The position numbers and the translations under genes are program-made. The notes beneath the pieces are model-generated. The model did not search any database. It saw only the letters and a list, made by a program, of their open reading frames with translations, and was not told where the DNA came from. A stretch of 64,000 bases of DNA from Rhizodiscina lignyota. Taxonomy: Eukaryota. Shown piece after piece: positions 61,754 through 64,000 of this stretch (position 1 is the first letter of the stretch; every line of letters begins with the position of its first letter). The stretch lies in NCBI GenBank assembly GCA_010015805.1, contig ML978124.1:1-64000 (forward strand). Reading direction: 5' to 3'.

Positions 61754-63042
61754 CGTGATTATTGGATCTCAAGGGTTTGCTCGAGAGTAAAAGGGTTCGG
61801 AGTTGGGTGAGGTAGAGGTAAGTTTGAGAAGTCTGAAGAGTGTTGGAATTGAGCTGGAGATGCAATTGGAATATGTGCTAAGTCTGAGGCAGATACGATC
61901 GAGCTCTGGGTCTTTTGAGCCTTTGAAGTGAAGTGTGTTCAGAAGCTTGTGTCTGGAGATGAATCTTGGAGGCGCGATCGCACGAACTTTATAGTTTCTT
62001 CACGATCAGTCGTGTCACAGATGCCATACTTCTAAAACATTCCAGCTTCTGTGAAACTTCCCTTCAAGTCTTTGAATTTTCAATCACAGTTAGCTTACGA
62101 AAGGCATGCAATTGTCGCCTACCCCATTCGGGAATTGAGCCCTTCCGTGGCGTTTCGCCGGACGAAGGCATGGAGATAGGAGTCCTTCTCACGAGAGGTA
62201 ACAGTCTGCCAAGGCAACCGAGGTGGCGTATAACTCATCTTCACTCACAGCTCTGGGTGTTCTCATTGTGCAGCTTTGATACGCCGGCCAAACTTTGCGT
62301 CGTCGTAGAGTGCTAGCCGCATCGGTCCATCCCTGATGGATTTCCAATACAATTATACCACGGCCTTCTCCACACGTTGAGTAACCAAAGCTCGAATAAC
62401 GTTTCCTAAATGAGTTACTTGAACTCTTCTGCTCTGTATTCGTCTGTGAAACCAAAATTAAGCTTAATTCGACGGTGATGCCCGGGGCTGCAGGAAGTGT
62501 GATTACTCACGCAAGCCCGATTACTTAGCAGCGTGGCTTGCTTCCCAGCCAAGCCCGCATTACCTCGATAAAGTAACTTCAGGATATTTCGTCATTTGGC
62601 TGCTTGATAATTTGCTTAGTTGGTAAATTCCTTCATATGCTACGTTCACCCCCGTGTGTGAGGAATCCTCGACCAAGTGCTTGAAAATGATACCATAGCC
62701 CGGACCCAGAACTTTGTCCCGAGCAACATTACTTTATGCCGCATTGTCGCTTGCAAATGCAAAAGAATTGATGAGCTCATTAATGACAACAGGGCGTGCG
62801 TGCGTGCAAAATGATGCGCTGCATTATGACGGCGGAGAGGCATTCTCCGTCTTCTCTCGTTCACGCCTCGGCCAATAGCGGGACGTAGATCAGTGAGATA
62901 CCAAGCAAGCAATCAGCTTACCCGGAGACTTCTATTTTTCAATAATTTGCACTGACAAGACAGTTCCGACGGAATCGGGTTACTGCGGCAAACAATCGTT
63001 GATGCTTTACTCTGTACGGCCCGACCGAAACACGATCGCACA

Positions 63043-63963
63043 ATGACCGGTTGGCCCGTGGTTAAGGATACTACAGCTCCTCCGAATCTTGAAGAGTTGG
63101 TGCCAATAATCCAAGCTGGTCTGGATCAAAATTTCAAAGAGGCATCTGTTTCGGTTGCAGAATGTCCAGACCTCTCATCTCCTCCGTTCAACCTGGCAGG
63201 GCAGGGTCTCTGCGGAAATGAGCGAATCGCAGATATTGGAGGCCAGCCTTACCTCTCACCGGTGCCACAGCTTGACAAGAAGTATTTGTTGTTAGACATG
63301 GCAAGGTTGATGGAGATGCCGAAAGAGCAAGGTTTCCTTTTGGGTGCTGGTGCAGGACCATGCCATGAATTGGGCTACAACTCTGAATTGGTGCCGAATA
63401 TATCTTGGAAGGGCGACAAGATCAACTCAGGCTGCACTCGATATGTCAAAATTCAAGATTCCGGAGACCCTCGCTGTGACAAACTGGACTCTACGGGCTT
63501 TGCGCTGATGTGTAACCTCTTTGGTAGCGACGGTCTTCCAGGCCCTGTGCTGAAGATCACGGCAAAATCGCGAACAGGTCCACTGAACTTTCCAGCGACA
63601 GTCCAGAAAGCCCTCCGAGAGCAGTACAAGGACCATCGTATCTCCTTGGGCGGTGTGTTTCTTCTCAAGTCTGGCAAGGCTAGGATGCACGTCATGCCGG
63701 ACTTCGCAGGGAAGCCACTAAAGACAACCGAAGAGAAGCTGCAATGGCTGCGCTTCTTCGAAATGAACGCTCCGTTGGTTTGCTTGAGCGTGTTCCATTC
63801 GCATGATCCTGGTTTGAGCCTCCGCATGGAGCATACGCATTGCTTCTCGGATCATGGAGATGGAGGACATTATCACTTCGACACAACGCCAGACGAGGTG
63901 GAGTATGAAGGATACTTCCAGGCCAGCAAAGTGCTGTACAGAATTGATCGACCGCCTTCGTAG
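63043..63963 (+). CDS. DUF1907 / C11orf54 (PTD012)-like zinc protein
   Basis: CPDLSSPPFNLA, DIGGQPYL, GAGAGP, HVMPDF and EHTHCFSDHGDGGHYHFDTTPDEVEYEGYF (HxH...H metal site). Confidence 0.92.
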   Translation: MTGWPVVKDTTAPPNLEELVPIIQAGLDQNFKEASVSVAECPDLSSPPFNLAGQGLCGNERIADIGGQPYLSPVPQLDKKYLLLDMARLMEMPKEQGFLLGAGAGPCHELGYNSELVPNISWKGDKINSGCTRYVKIQDSGDPRCDKLDSTGFALMCNLFGSDGLPGPVLKITAKSRTGPLNFPATVQKALREQYKDHRISLGGVFLLKSGKARMHVMPDFAGKPLKTTEEKLQWLRFFEMNAPLVCLSVFHSHDPGLSLRMEHTHCFSDHGDGGHYHFDTTPDEVEYEGYFQASKVLYRIDRPPS

Positions 63964-64000
63964 CCCGTTATCAACAATAGCATTGCTGTTGAACTGCACC

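Noticed and set aside
62460..62497. Resemblance to a cloning-vector polylinker (aagctt...cccggggctgcaggaa)
   Set aside because: Short and imperfect, site order does not match, and no flanking vector sequence.

Overview
Gene-dense genomic DNA from a filamentous ascomycete (Pezizomycotina; class not determinable here), judged from short GT-AG introns with CTAAC/CTGAC branch points and fungal-specific gene families. About 24 protein-coding genes or remnants can be supported. Conserved genes include urease, NPR2, ADA3/NGG1, an omega-amidase of the nitrilase family, a HAD-IIA hydrolase, a RING-H2 ligase and a DUF1907 protein. Accessory genes include two MFS transporters, a P450, a TAP-like peptidase, two Zn2Cys6 factors, a HET-domain protein, a PEBP and an SDR reductase. 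Two pseudogene relics (amino-acid permease, HET) lie next to urease. No rRNA, tRNA, CRISPR or intact transposon was recognised. The most unusual signals are: (1) a 58-nt candidate intron that encodes the same C-terminal peptide as the exon after it, with almost purely synonymous divergence; (2) an intronless, bacterial-looking ABM-type protein fused to a zinc ribbon; (3) a Zn2Cys6 gene interrupted by a single in-frame TAG; (4) a repeat-bearing acidic, dehydrin-like protein; (5) an acidic hexapeptide repeat inside a HET domain. Exon boundaries were read by eye, and family calls come from remembered motifs, not database searches.
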